From: Ylistrum balloti
Lineage: Eukaryota
Direction: 5' to 3'
Length of the DNA stretch: 64,000 nt
Assembly (NCBI RefSeq): GCF_031769215.1
Contig: NW_026782772.1
Span: 1 to 64,000, forward strand
Shown: in pieces, positions 52,245-64,000 of the stretch
Position numbering within the stretch: position 1 is the stretch's first letter
How the letters are laid out: each line of letters begins with the position of its first letter
Notes under the pieces: model-generated
The model's database searches: none
Seen by the model: the letters and a program-made list of their open reading frames with translations, nothing else
What the model was told of the DNA's origin: nothing
Translations under genes and position numbers: made by a program

Positions 52245-52782
52245 AAGTTGCTGTCTGAAATAGGTTACGTAGGTGTGAGAGACGTATGCCCTGATCTTAA
52301 CGTGGCGTCGTAACGCGTGGATGTCCGCTCCTGGGACGGTCAGCCAATCTTCCCGTGGCCCTGAGATGCCCAACTAATCGAGCTATCGTTGACTCATGGA
52401 CTCCAAATTGCTGGGCGACGAGACGTTGCGATTGGCCCTGTAGAATTCGGGCAATAGCCCTACCCTTATCAACTTCGGACATTTGCGGCATGCTGCTTTT
52501 TTATCGCCTTGGAATGAAATGTTGTGCACTGGATGTGTGTTGTTCAAAACTTGGATTTGGTATGGTTTTCAAGTTGATAGCACGTGGTAGTGCTACGGAC
52601 GCACGCTTTGTTGGAAAATCTGTTCAAATCGTGCAGCGTCGCCCGTGGTCACTGTAGACCAAATTTAAACTGACGATTATTTAGACAGTACACTAGGCAT
52701 GTATGTGTCATATATCACAACATTTCGTCTACGGATGAAAAAAATACCAAAACTGAACTTGCGTTTCTTTTTTCCGCTAGTA
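52245..52782 (-). mobile_element. Tc1/mariner element 2: left end plus HTH region
   Basis: TIR-like TACTAGCGGAAAAAAGAAACGCA; MPQMSEVDKGRAI..LADRPRSGHPRVTTPR*DQGIRLSHLRN. Confidence 0.85.
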
Positions 52783-53750
52783 TACATATGGTCTTTGTCC
52801 ATTTCGTTGCTATATGTACAATTCAAAGCAAACCAACATATAAAGTGTTACTAATTACAGGGTTTTTTATCAAACTTTCAATTAAGTTTGAAATACTTTA
52901 CGTACTTGTATGAGAACTACATTTTCACTATCATAGCAAACAGATGGTAACGAAAAGTGACAATAATCTGGTTTCTATTAAAAAAAGTACACGAACCTTG
53001 TAACTATAACTTCTTAGATATAAAGTATACAATTTTATTGTGATTACTCGTCATCTTCCGACCATTTACATGTGTAAACCGTTTTATGACATTGTTTGTT
53101 TTAATACGTCACCGCGAAAACTGTTTTTACTTGAAACCATAACAGAGAACAGACGTGCGTTTTCTGCCAGAAAGTAAATCTATTTCACTTAAAAAGTGTA
53201 TTTAATTTCTACTGAAGAGGAACAGAAAATGAAACACTTTGACCAAAAGGTTTTGTGTGATTTTCATTCCCCTTTAGTTTAATACCCTAACCTCGAATAC
53301 CATGAGATAATCTGATGGAACAGACAACGGAAACGCGAATACGGGATGGGATGGCGATATAACTTGGTCTGGCATTTTCACGTTATTCACACGTCGCCAG
53401 AGAATCGCCCCACGTCGATTGGACCGGTGACGGGCAGAGTCAAGGAGACGAGAAACCACCATCATATTATACAGTACTGACATAAGAGAACGGAAGTCAA
53501 CAGTATATTTCCATTAAAACGAGACGACGATTCCAATTTAATTCTTAATTTGACATCACTGCAATCATTTGATCTGTAATTCGTACTTCAGTTATGGTAT
53601 ACCTGAAACAAAACGATTGATACGATATCACTATTATATGTAACAATCCGTGCCACAGGCCAGCACAGGTAACCAACACTCTATCTCGGTGTCCACCAAA
53701 AATATACCGTCTATTATCATCGAGTACGTACGTACCGATAGTCACGTAAC

Positions 53751-56700
53751 TGTAATGTTTGGGGTTTAGCCCCGCAGACGAACACAACACCATGTGGTTT
53801 TCAGTATAGCGGTTTTATTGACGATCCCACAATGCCCCACACGGGCCACACTAACATCCAGAGCCGAAGCCGGATTATCTTATACACAACATCCCTCCCC
53901 CTTTTGGTAAAGGAATCCCTATTTCCTGATCAATTACTTTTAACCATGTCCATATGTGTAAACCAGGAATGTAACTATTTGTTACCTCAAATTAAGTAAA
54001 TAAAACTGACCGTGACTTCAAAAATAAATTCTTGAACCAAGTCTCTATATCCACATGAAAATGGAGCTTAACCACAAAACAACTTAACCAGGTCCATAAG
54101 CTTAAAGCTTAACAATAAACAATTAACACATGCTCCAATTCATGTTCGCACGAAATCCTTCAGGTAACTTGGTGGGTGCCTGGTCCGTTCAGGTTGCGCT
54201 GGTCTTTGTTCTGGTTTCGAACTCACAACCTCGGGTGTACTGATGGAACCATTCTCCACAACCGGTGTTTGGCTTGAAGTAGAGACCACCACATCCTCAA
54301 GTTCCTCTGGAAGTTCGACCTTCACCTTGGAAGATAAACTGTGTCTCTGACGAATATGATCAACATGACGACGTTTGACCTTGGCATCACCCTCCCTAAC
54401 TGCATAGGACACTGGTCCGTTCTTTGATGATATTTCACCCGATAGCCATTTCGGACCCTTGTAGAAGTTCTTTACCCAGACTTGATCTCCAGTACTAAAA
54501 GTACGTTCCTTAGAATGTTCATCATGATAGGTTTTCTGACTTGTTTGACATTTCTTGACCCGATTTCTGACCTCAGGTCTCACTAGATCAAGTTTGGTTC
54601 TGATACGCCGCCCCATCAGAAGTTCTGATGGTGAGATTCCCATTGTAGTGTGCGGAGTTGACCGATAGGCTAGTAGAAATCTACTCAATTTCCGGGTTAG
54701 GTTGCCCTCAGTGTTTTGCATTTTTTTCATACCTTCCTTGAAGATCCTAACGGACCTATCCGCCAGCCCATTTGATGAAGGATGGTGGGGGGATGTCTTT
54801 ACATGTAACACTCCATTTTCAGACATGAATGCTGCGAACGCCTCGCTAGTAAAACATGGACCATTGTCTGACACCACCATCTTGGGTAAACCATGTGTTG
54901 AGAAACATTCTCTCAATTTGTCAATTGTCACTTCTGATGTTGACGTTTTGGTAGGATATACGTCTAACCATTTGCTGTACGCGTCTACGATGATGAGAAA
55001 CATCTGACCTAAGAATGGACCTGCATAGTCCATATGAATTCTAGACCATGGCCGTTCAGGCCAATCCCATGGATGTAAGGGGGCCACTGCAGGAATCGAA
55101 CCTTGTGCCTGACAATCCTGACATCCCTCGACCTTACTCTCGATGTCTCTATCGATCCCTGGCCACCAGAAGTAGCTCCATGCCAATTTCTTCATACAGA
55201 CCATTCCCGGATGTCCCTCATGAAGTTCCTCTAACAATTGTTTCTGTCCAATTGTAGGAATTACTATGCGTGTTCCCCACATAACACATCCGTCATAAGA
55301 ACTGAGTTCTGTTCTACGTGAATGAAAAGGTTTCAAGTCTTCCTCACCACATTTGTCCATCCAACCTGTTTGTACATAGGTTAGCACTCGACTCAGCAGT
55401 AAGTCATTGGCTGTCCAAGACTGGATATTTTGGAAATCTACTGGAGTACTGCCCAGATAGCTGATCAGTAGAGTTGTCTCCCCTGGAGTAGGTATTTCAC
55501 CAACTGTGTCCTGGAGGGGTAAGCGACTTAATCCGTCTGCATTGCCATTCGTGGATCCCTTCTTGTATTGTAAGTCATACTCATATGTCGATAAGAGTAA
55601 AGCCCAACGTTGAATCCTGGCTGATGCCATAGTAGGAGTAGGTTTGTCCACCCTAAATAAGCCTAATAGGAGTTTGTGATCCGTGTAGAGTACAAATCTG
55701 CGTCCATACACGTATTGGTGGAATTTTCCGACTCCAAATATGAGGGCAGCGCCTTCCTTATCAATTTGTGCATAATTACGTTCTGCTGGCGCTAGTGTAT
55801 GTGAAGCGTACGCGATGGGTCGTTCCCTACCCTGCACTCGATGCGAGAGTACTGCCCCCAGTCCATAGGGTGAAGCGTCACACGAGAGTATCAGTTCCTT
55901 TTTTGGGTCAAAATGCACTAGCAAAGCATCCGATTGCAGCATCTCTTTGGCACATGTAAAAGCTTCTGTTTCTTCTTTTCCCCATTTCCATTTGCTTTCC
56001 TTTTTGAGTAGTGAGTATAAAGGTGACAACACACTACTAAGGTTTGGCAAATAACATGCATAATAGTTCAGAAGGCCTATAAATGCTTGAAGTTCTTTGA
56101 CATTCTGCGGTGCAGGTGCCTCCTTAATGGCTCTGACTTTCTCGGCTATGGGTTGGATTCCCATGCTGTTGATTCTGTGTCCCAAGTAGACTACCTCTTC
56201 AGCCAGAAATACACACTTTGTCTTTTTCAATCTCACTCCAGCTTTGTCTAACCGATCAAGTACTGCAGATAGGTTTTTCAGGTGATCCAGTTTATCCCTC
56301 CCCGAGATTAAGATGTCATCTACTCTCACTACAACATGCGGTATTCCCTGTAGCAGGTTTTCCATGACACGTTGAAAGATACCAGGACTCGACGACACCC
56401 CATAGGGTAGACGGTTGTATTGGAAAAGCCCCTTATGTGTGTTTATTGAAGTATACCTCTTAGACTCTTCGTCCAATTCCAGCTGTTGATAAGCTTGGCT
56501 AAGATCCAACTTGGTGAAGTGTGATCCACCTCCCAAAGATGCATAAAGGTCCTCTGTCTTAGGAATAGGATAATTGTCTAGTTTAGACACCTTATTAACT
56601 GTGACTTTGTAATCACCACAGATCCTGAGGCTACCATCTCCCTTGACGATGGGAACGATGGGCGTGGCCCATTCAGAAAATTCCACAGGTGAGATAGTTC

Positions 56701-58330
56701 CTTCTGACACCAAGCGATCAAGTTCATGCTCTATCTTGTCCCGTAAAGCATAAGGTACAGGCCTGGCCTTGAAGTACAAAGGCTTCTGAGAGTTGTCCAC
56801 ATATGACTTGGCCTTTGTTCCCCGGATAGTACCTAAACCATCCTTAAATACACATTCATGTTTTCTCAAAATGTGATCAATCTGATCCTCTGGTGGATCT
56901 TGCTTGACTTGAAATATCTGGCTCCAATCCAACTTTACCTTAGAAAGCCAATTCCTTCCAAGAAGACTAGGGTAGTCTCCCTTTACAACCACTACAGTCA
57001 GTGTTCCTGTATAGTCTCCATACTTCACTGAGACTTCCCCCTCACCCCTCGTTGGGATGGGTTCACCAGTATAAGTCTTTAGCTTTACTGCAGTGTTTCT
57101 AAGCTTCACCGGCTTACCATTTTTGTTGATGTCTGCCCATGTGTTTTCTCCAATCACTGTGACAACAGCTCCTGTGTCTACTTCCATAGAGACATCCTGG
57201 TTGTTGACCTGTAGGGTTACTTCATATCTATCTTTTTTACCAACTTGGTTTATGTTGTACATGGAATATATACACTCCTGATCCTCCCTCCTGTGGTCAG
57301 TTGACTGTAGCATATGTACTGGGGTTGATTTATGGTGTTTACCTTTTGTATCTTTATTTCGCAGTCGACTCGGGCATTTTTCCTTTATGTGACCTTTTTT
57401 CTTACAGTGAAAACATTCACTGTCCTTAAAATGACAAGTTTTTGGGTCATGATTTCCTCCACACCTATAACATGGTTTTTGGTGACCTTGTTGACCTTGA
57501 GACTGGCCTCTAGACTGACCTCGACCTTTCTTACCGTGACGTGCGCTGCGAGTGTTACTGTTACCGCGATTACTATCACTAGAGACTTTGTTGACATTGT
57601 TCTGTCCCTCGGACCTCAATCCGTGTCCCTGCAAATCTATGACATTTTTCGCTGCTGTTTCCATAGACAACGATATTTCATATGCCCGTTTAAAAGACAG
57701 TTCTTTTTCAGATAAAAGACGTCGCTGTATTCATTAACACCACATACAAGTCTATCTCTTATCATGGTTTCAAGCATCGTGCCATACTCACAATGCTCTG
57801 ATAGATTCCTCAGTGCCGCTATATAGTCAGAAATGGACTCACCTTCTTTTCTGAAGCAATTGTTAAATTTATATCTTTGCACTATCTCTGATGGTCTGGG
57901 TGCATAGTGGTTTTGCACTATCTGTACCAGATCCGCAAAGGATTTCTCACTGGGTTTCACTGGAGCTAACAAGTCACTCATAAGTTTATATATGCGTGGA
58001 CCACATAAGCTAAGCAATATTGCTCGTCGTCGTATCAGGTCGTCTGCTTCCTCAGTAATGCCGTTCGCGACAAAGTACTGAATTAGACGTTCCGTATAGT
58101 GCTCCCATGACTCGCCGGATTCTTCGTAGGTGTCGATTTTACCGAATGCAGCGGTCATTTTCCCAGCTCACCGTTTACCTCGTCGCCAATGTAATGTTTG
58201 GGGTTTAGCCCCGCAGACGAACACAACACCATGTGGTTTTCAGTATAGCGGTTTTATTGACGATCCCACAATGCCCCACACGGGCCACACTAACATCCAG
58301 AGCCGAAGCCGGATTATCTTATATACAACA
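53751..58330 (-). mobile_element. Gypsy F: complete Mag-like LTR retrotransposon
   Basis: 141-bp LTRs 53751-53891 and 58190-58330 with one mismatch; 5-bp TSD GTAAC; PBS TGGCGACGAGG (tRNA-Ser(GCU) type); PPT AAAAGGGGGAGGGA. Confidence 0.97.
54140..58158 (-). pseudogene. gag-pol of Gypsy F, frameshift in gag
   Basis: Frameshift near 57730 (CGVN/IQRRLL); two CCHC, EVDTGAV, VRVDDILI, RNase H, HHCC; integrase HMDYAG, VSDNGP, GLADRSV (Glu replaced by Asp). Confidence 0.93.
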
Positions 58331-58533
58331 GTAACCATACCGTGTAAGTCGACCGGAGGACAGACAAATCGGGAACGGGTAATTTAAGTTGTGTACGTAC
58401 CGATAGTCACGTAACCATACGGTGTAGGTCGACTGGTGGGCAGACAGAACGGGTAATTTAACTTGTGTGCATACCGATAGTCACGTAACCATACGGTGTA
58501 GGTCGACTGGTGGGCAGACAGAACGGGTAATTT
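58331..58533. repeat. 74-bp tandem repeat, target of Gypsy F and the L1/Tx1 insertion
   Basis: Unit GTAACCATACGGTGTAGGTCGACTGG..ACCGATAGTCAC about 2.7 times; partial units at 53730-53750 and 60849-60883. Confidence 0.88.
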
Positions 58534-60848
58534 TTTTTTATAATTTTTATTTATCCAAAAACACATGAGAAATAAATAGATACATATCATTCTTTAACTC
58601 CTATCGTCGCACACTTAAAGAGTATAGTCATGCATCATTTTCACCACTAAACACACAGCATTTTGAGTTGCACACTATATCTTAACTATCATAGACACTA
58701 TTTAACACAATCACTCTAAACATATAACTTGCAGCTATACTAGTACTCCAGCATTATCACATACAAACAACATCAGCATCTGACATCAACGTCATCATAT
58801 ACAATCATCATCCTCGTCACACATTAGCATCATCACATACCATCAGCATCATGATGGTCACCTATCAACATTAGCATCATCGGCATTATCACATACCAAA
58901 ATCAGCATCGTCACACATCAACATCATCATATATACCAACATCAGCAGCATCACACATCCAGCATCATAATTTCACATACTAACATCAGCATCACCACCC
59001 AACAGCTTCATATATCAGCAATACATATCAGCAACAGTATTATCATATTAATATCACATATCATCAGCAGTAGCATCATATATCTACATCATCACACTTT
59101 AACCTCCATGCATAAGGATGCTGCAGATTCTTAGACACAGTCAACATCATTATCTTCATCACCAAGCATACATACATAGACATGCTAAGTTCAGTAATTT
59201 CTCCATAAACTAGAATGGACTTAAAACAAGTGAGCAACTAACAGCTGTCACTATATCACTGTAAGATAAAATGTTCCTAGATATAATGAAATAAACAAAT
59301 ACAAAACGAAACATGTGATGATTTTTTTTATTTATTAGAGAGAAAGAGGGAAGGACAAAGGGGGGGTAAAGAGATAGACTGGTTAAGAATACTTTGTAGA
59401 TGAATAGAGTAAAACTTTTTTAACTATACCTGATAAAAATTACAAGTATTTTAATTATATCAAATACTGCCAAGTCCAAGGGGAGGAAAAATGTTTAATG
59501 ATGGTATTAATTTCATTATCAATTTTGCTGTACAAATTTTTAAATGGCCAGAAACCAAAGAAAAGGGACTGCTTGTTGACAGAAAAAGGGATTACCAGTG
59601 CTTCTAAAAGAATTTTTAAACTTTGTAAAACATTCTGGACTTTTTCACAATCCCACAATATATGTGTTAAAGTTTCAGTCTCGGGCAAACAAAAAGTACA
59701 GAGTGGACTATCTACTTTCTTCACCTCATACAGAAATAAGTTTGTAGTCAAAGTGTAAAGTAAGTCTCTGTACTGAAACCAATGAAGCTTATAATTATTA
59801 GTAATCTTAAAAAGTAAAGAAAAGATACTTGCCCAAGTGGATTCCTCAAAGTTAAACTGTTCAGCCCATTTCTTTCTAACTTTTTTATAAAACATCTATA
59901 AATATCATTTGTCCCTTTTGCCCGTAAGAAAAAAGGTTCAATGTTGCAAGGAATAAAAGGCAAGGAAAAATCTGAATCCTCATCCATATGCAGGTCAGCA
60001 TTCTTCTTAATAGAGTTTAAGATTCCTTGAAACCTAAGAAAATTTGTGACAATACCATATTTTTCGGAAAATTCATTAAAAGAGTAGAAAGAGACTGTAT
60101 TTGAAACCTTTAACATGTCATTTACAACTCTAACGCCTTTTGAAAACCAGTCTTTGTAGAAAACAGAATGCCCACCTATAGTTAATTTTGGGTTATACCA
60201 AAGAGGTGTTTTCAGTGGAGAGAGTTGTCTACCTTTAATTTTGAGCTTTATGATCAGTAACTTTTCCCAAGCTTGGAAAACATCACTCCAAAATTTATTT
60301 TTACATTTTTCCTGACACTTTTTTTATATAATCACTTCCACAGTTCATAGCAAGATCAGTATTAATTTGTCTTTTGAATAAAATTTTCCACTTACTTGGA
60401 GAAGAACTTAAAACAAATCTCCTAATCCAACCTAACTTCAATGCATTTATGAAATCTGAGATACTTACCATCTTCAAACCTCCCTCTAAATAGTTTTTAA
60501 TAATGGTCTTTTAATCTTTTCAGTTTTTCCATTCCATAAGAAGTTAAAAAGGATAGTATTTAAGTAATTACTGAACTTATTACTTGGATTTGGAACGGCA
60601 ATAAATAAATAATGAAATTGTGAGATTAAAAGTGACTTAATGACATGTATCTTCCCAATTTGAGATATTATTCTTTTACTCCAAGATTTAATAAGAGATT
60701 TTAGTTTTGTCAATTTTTTGTCAAAATTTAGTTTAGGAATTTCATGCAAGTTTACTCTAAAATCAATCCCCAATAATGTAAATATATCCTTTCCCCACTG
60801 TAAGTTAAGCTCTGGTAAAATAGAATATTTCTTACTACCAATTCATAT
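58534..60848 (-). mobile_element. 5'-truncated L1/Tx1-clade non-LTR retrotransposon
   Basis: WSKRIISQIGKIHVIKSLLISQ..FNFLWNGK; SPLCTFCLPETETLTHILWDC; A-tail (T run from 58531); ~14-bp TSD AGAACGGGTAATTT. Confidence 0.88.
58750..59170. repeat. Degenerate CAT/CAG-rich simple repeat in the LINE 3' UTR
   Basis: Recurrent CATCAGCATCATCACATA units. Confidence 0.75.
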
Positions 60849-60917
60849 AGAACGGGTAATTTAACTTGTGTACATACTGATAGTGCAATCCTCATTTCGG
60901 CTTGGCAATGCTAGATT

Positions 60918-61273
60918 TTAAGTGGTGATACTAGATTTTTTGGGGTAATACTGGATTTTTTGGGGTAATACTAGATTCTTTGGGGTAATACTAGATTCTT
61001 AGTGGTAATACTAGATTATGTGGGGTAATACTAGATACTTTGGGGTAATACTAGATTCTTTGGGGTAATACTAGATTCTTAGTGGTAATACAAGGTTATG
61101 TGGGGTATTACCAGATTCTTTGGGGGTAATACTAGATTCTTAGTGGTAATACTAGATTCTTAGGGGGTAATACTAGATTCTTTGGGGGTAATACTAGATT
61201 CTTTGGGGGTAATACTAGATTCTTTGGGGTAATACTAGATTCTTAGTGGTAATACTAGATTATGTGGGGTAAT
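60918..61273. repeat. 20-21-bp minisatellite (TGGGGTAATACTAGATTCTT / AGTGGTAATACTAGATTATG)
   Basis: About 17 tandem units read directly. Confidence 0.93.
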
Positions 61274-61281
61274 GTTCATTT

Positions 61282-62203
61282 ACAAGGGGGTCACCTGAGG
61301 AATATATGTCAATAATCTGGGGATTTTAAAATGTTGCAAAAATGTAAGAATACTTGTGCAGGACCATGTGTAAAACATCTGTACCAAGTTTGAATATGAC
61401 CCACCCAATGGTTCTTGAGAGGAAGTCCATAATGTCTTAGCCAAACAGAGGCCAGGATGGCCATCTTGGATTTTGAATCGCCCCAAAAAGTTAAAACACT
61501 TGCCAGGACCTGGTGTAAACATTCAAATCAAGTTTCCCCTTTTCCCCCCATCCTGGGGCCCCTATTGGGGCCATGCCTTTTTCTTCGCACACTTGAAGCG
61601 GCTTCCCATGCAGATGCTTTGTGCCAAGTTTGGTAAATATCCATCCACTGGTTCTTGAGAAGTAGTCATTTAATGAAGGTTTTTACATATGGCCCCTTTT
61701 ACACCCCTTATGGGCCCCAAAGGGGACATTATCACTTTTTTCAACATAATTTCATATCGTCTTCGCTAAGGGATGCTGTCTACCAAATTTGGTTGAAATG
61801 GGTCAAAGTTGAATTTTTTACCCTTTTGAGCGCCCCCTTGTGGGGCCGTTTTTGACCCATTTTTTTTTTTTTTATTCTCAAACTTTGTAGACCTTGCCAT
61901 TAGGACCCTAAATATCAAATATGAATTTAATCTGACTGTTGGTTCATGAGAAGAAGATTTTTAAAGATTTACCTAATTTTACCCCCTTTTTTCCCCTCCT
62001 GAGGCCCCTATTGGGGCCACAGCCTTTTTCTTCGCAAACTTGAAGCGGCTTCCCATGGGGATGCTTTGTGCCAAGTTTGGTCAAAATCCATTCAGTGGGC
62101 CTTGAGAAGAAGTTGACTATGTGAAAAGTTAACGACGCACAACGACAGACAAATCATGATGGCAATAGGTCACCAAGAGCCTTCGGCTCAGGCGACCTAA
62201 AAA
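61282..62203 (+). mobile_element. Helentron-associated non-autonomous element (HINE-like) with internal repeats
   Basis: 5' GGTCACCTGAG and 3' CTCAGGCGACC sub-TIRs; 3' hairpin GAGCC-TTC-GGCTC; internal repeats ATGCTTTGTGCCAAGTTTGG..TTGAGAAGAAG. Confidence 0.75.
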
Positions 62204-63262
62204 TTACGGGTGATATAATAGATGTACGGATACTCAAAAAATCTTCCGGATGATAAAAGTCTTTTTGGGTATTTATTACCTGCTTTTCCAGTAACGTACC
62301 CAAAATCTTATCCATATTGTTTTTTACTATCTCTCCTCTCTATTTTCGACTTTACGGTAAACAGCATTATAGTACAGCCCAAAACATGGGTAGAGTCTTT
62401 ACCATCTCCTACACTACGTACATCAGTGCTAGTTAACTCCACACTGGTCATATGATCGTGTAGTCACCGAAACATCACTCTCTAACCTTCTGCTGGTTGT
62501 ATTTTAAGAACACTTATCTCTATCCACCTTTAGTTCCTTCATATTTTGATAGACAAACATTTCAGTAATAAAAATATTCCTTTGAAATGTTACTTTCTGC
62601 TGTTTCAAAGATACAACAATTTTGATTATCAAGATAAGGAAAGTGACATAAATCCCACGACTTATCTAATCATGACGGAACTCTTCATATGACGTCATCT
62701 TCCTCAAGGAGAAACTAAACCGCCAAACAGCCATGGGGGATAGTAGAAGTAAACACAATATCGCCTACAAATATTTGGGTTTTTTTAACGGATCAAAAAT
62801 TTATCAAATACTCTGAGGTTCAATGTACACACGAGAAAAAGAAATATAATGTCACACTAACTTAGCCCTCTTGTATTGGCGTGACACACAAGAACCTGGC
62901 GGTTTGTAGATGAATTTACAATCTTTCAATGTCGCTTACATATAAATATCTGAACAAATATTGTCTATACTTTCACCTTTATTAATACTTATATACATAT
63001 AGTGTTTGATGAAAAATAATGAATGTATTGAGCTGAACTGAAATAATAAAATTTCAACCCACATCGTGATATATAAAAAAAACTAAAGATGTTATGAATG
63101 AAAATTGTTTTATTACATATGAGCATTTATCATCTTTGACTTTATAGGATACCGTCAAGTCAAGTCAAGAGAGTTAAAAGACGGAACTCTCATCTCGTTA
63201 TACACAGGTAGTACAAGTCCATACTATAACAAAACCAAATGACAGATTACAAAGTCACATGA

Positions 63263-64000
63263 CGGGTGGTGCAGTGGGTGGTCGGTTGATGCAGTGGGCG
63301 GTCAGGTGGTGCAGTGGGTGTTCGGTTGGTGTAGTGGGCGGTCGGTTGATGCAGTGGGCGGTCGGGTGGTGCAGTGGGCGGTCGGGTGGTGCAGTGGGTG
63401 TTCGGTTGGTGTAGTGGGCAGTCGGGTGGTGCATTGGATGGTCGGTTGGTGGTGCAGTGGGTGGTCAGATGGTGAAGTGGGTGGTCGGCCGGTGCAGTGG
63501 GTGGTCGGATGGTGAAGTGGGTGGTCAGATGGTGCATTGGGTGGTCGGGTGGGAGTGGATTGTCAGTTGGTGGTGTAGTGGGTGGTCGGGTGGTGCAGTG
63601 GGTGTTCGGGTGAAGTGGGTGGTCGGGTGGTGAGCTGGTGCAGTGTGTGGTAGGTTGGTGTAGTGGGTGGTCGGGTAGGAGTGGATGGTCGGTTGGTGGT
63701 GCAGTGGGTGGCCGTGTGATGCAGTGGGAGGTCGGTAGACGCAGTAGGTGGTCGGATGGCGCAGTGGGTGGTTGGATGGCGCAGTGGGTAATCGGGTAGA
63801 GCAGGGGTGGTCGGGTGGTGCAGTGGGTGGTCGGGTGGTGCAGTGTGTGGTCGTTTGGTGCAGTGGGTGGTCGGGTGGTGCAGTGGGTGGTCGGGTGGTG
63901 AAGTGGGTGGTCGGCCGGTGCAGTGTGTGGTCGGTTGGTGCAGTGGGTGGTCGGGTGGGAATGGATGGTCGGTTGGTGGTGTAGTGGGTGGTCGGGTGGC
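63263..64000. repeat. G-rich 20-bp minisatellite (GGTGGTGCAGTGGGTGGTCG), runs off the window end
   Basis: More than 30 degenerate tandem units. Confidence 0.95.

Noticed and set aside
57637-57740. Programmed gag-pol frameshift in Gypsy F
   Set aside because: Break lies mid-capsid (CGVN..IQRRLL) with residues missing and no slippery heptamer; a deletion is more likely
58331-58533. CRISPR-like array
   Set aside because: Units are contiguous 74-bp tandem repeats with no unique spacers, no cas genes, eukaryotic context
60918-61273. CRISPR-like short repeats
   Set aside because: Head-to-tail minisatellite without spacers
63247-63984. Pro/His/Thr- or Gly/Val/Trp-rich proteins in the ORF track
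   Set aside because: Translations of the G-rich minisatellite

Overview
AT-rich eukaryotic DNA, probably from a marine invertebrate (possibly a mollusc, inferred from the Helentron-associated repeat type). It is almost entirely a nested transposon graveyard; I found no intact host gene, rRNA or CRISPR array. Contents: six Ty3/Gypsy LTR retrotransposons (three complete with matching LTRs and 5-bp TSDs, one with a single LTR, two relics) and a solo LTR. Non-LTR elements are an R2-like element in separate pieces and a 5'-truncated L1/Tx1. DNA transposons are a decayed RAG1/Transib/Chapaev-like transposase, a P-element transposase with a convergent partner ORF, and CACTA/EnSpm, hAT, two Tc1 and Crypton-like fragments. 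There is also a multi-exon zinc-finger/recombinase-like pseudogene, a Helentron-associated element and several minisatellites. Most notable: (i) 14 of 16 coding elements, including all 8 retrotransposons, lie on the minus strand, as in a uni-strand piRNA cluster; (ii) the RAG1-core-like transposase can be rebuilt across a 15-bp-TSD insertion; (iii) the R2-like RT can be rejoined in frame across two Gypsy insertions, away from rDNA; (iv) one Gypsy has a clean TG..CA/4-bp-TSD integration although its 5' end is not an LTR copy. All family calls come from motif recognition by eye; no database search was run.
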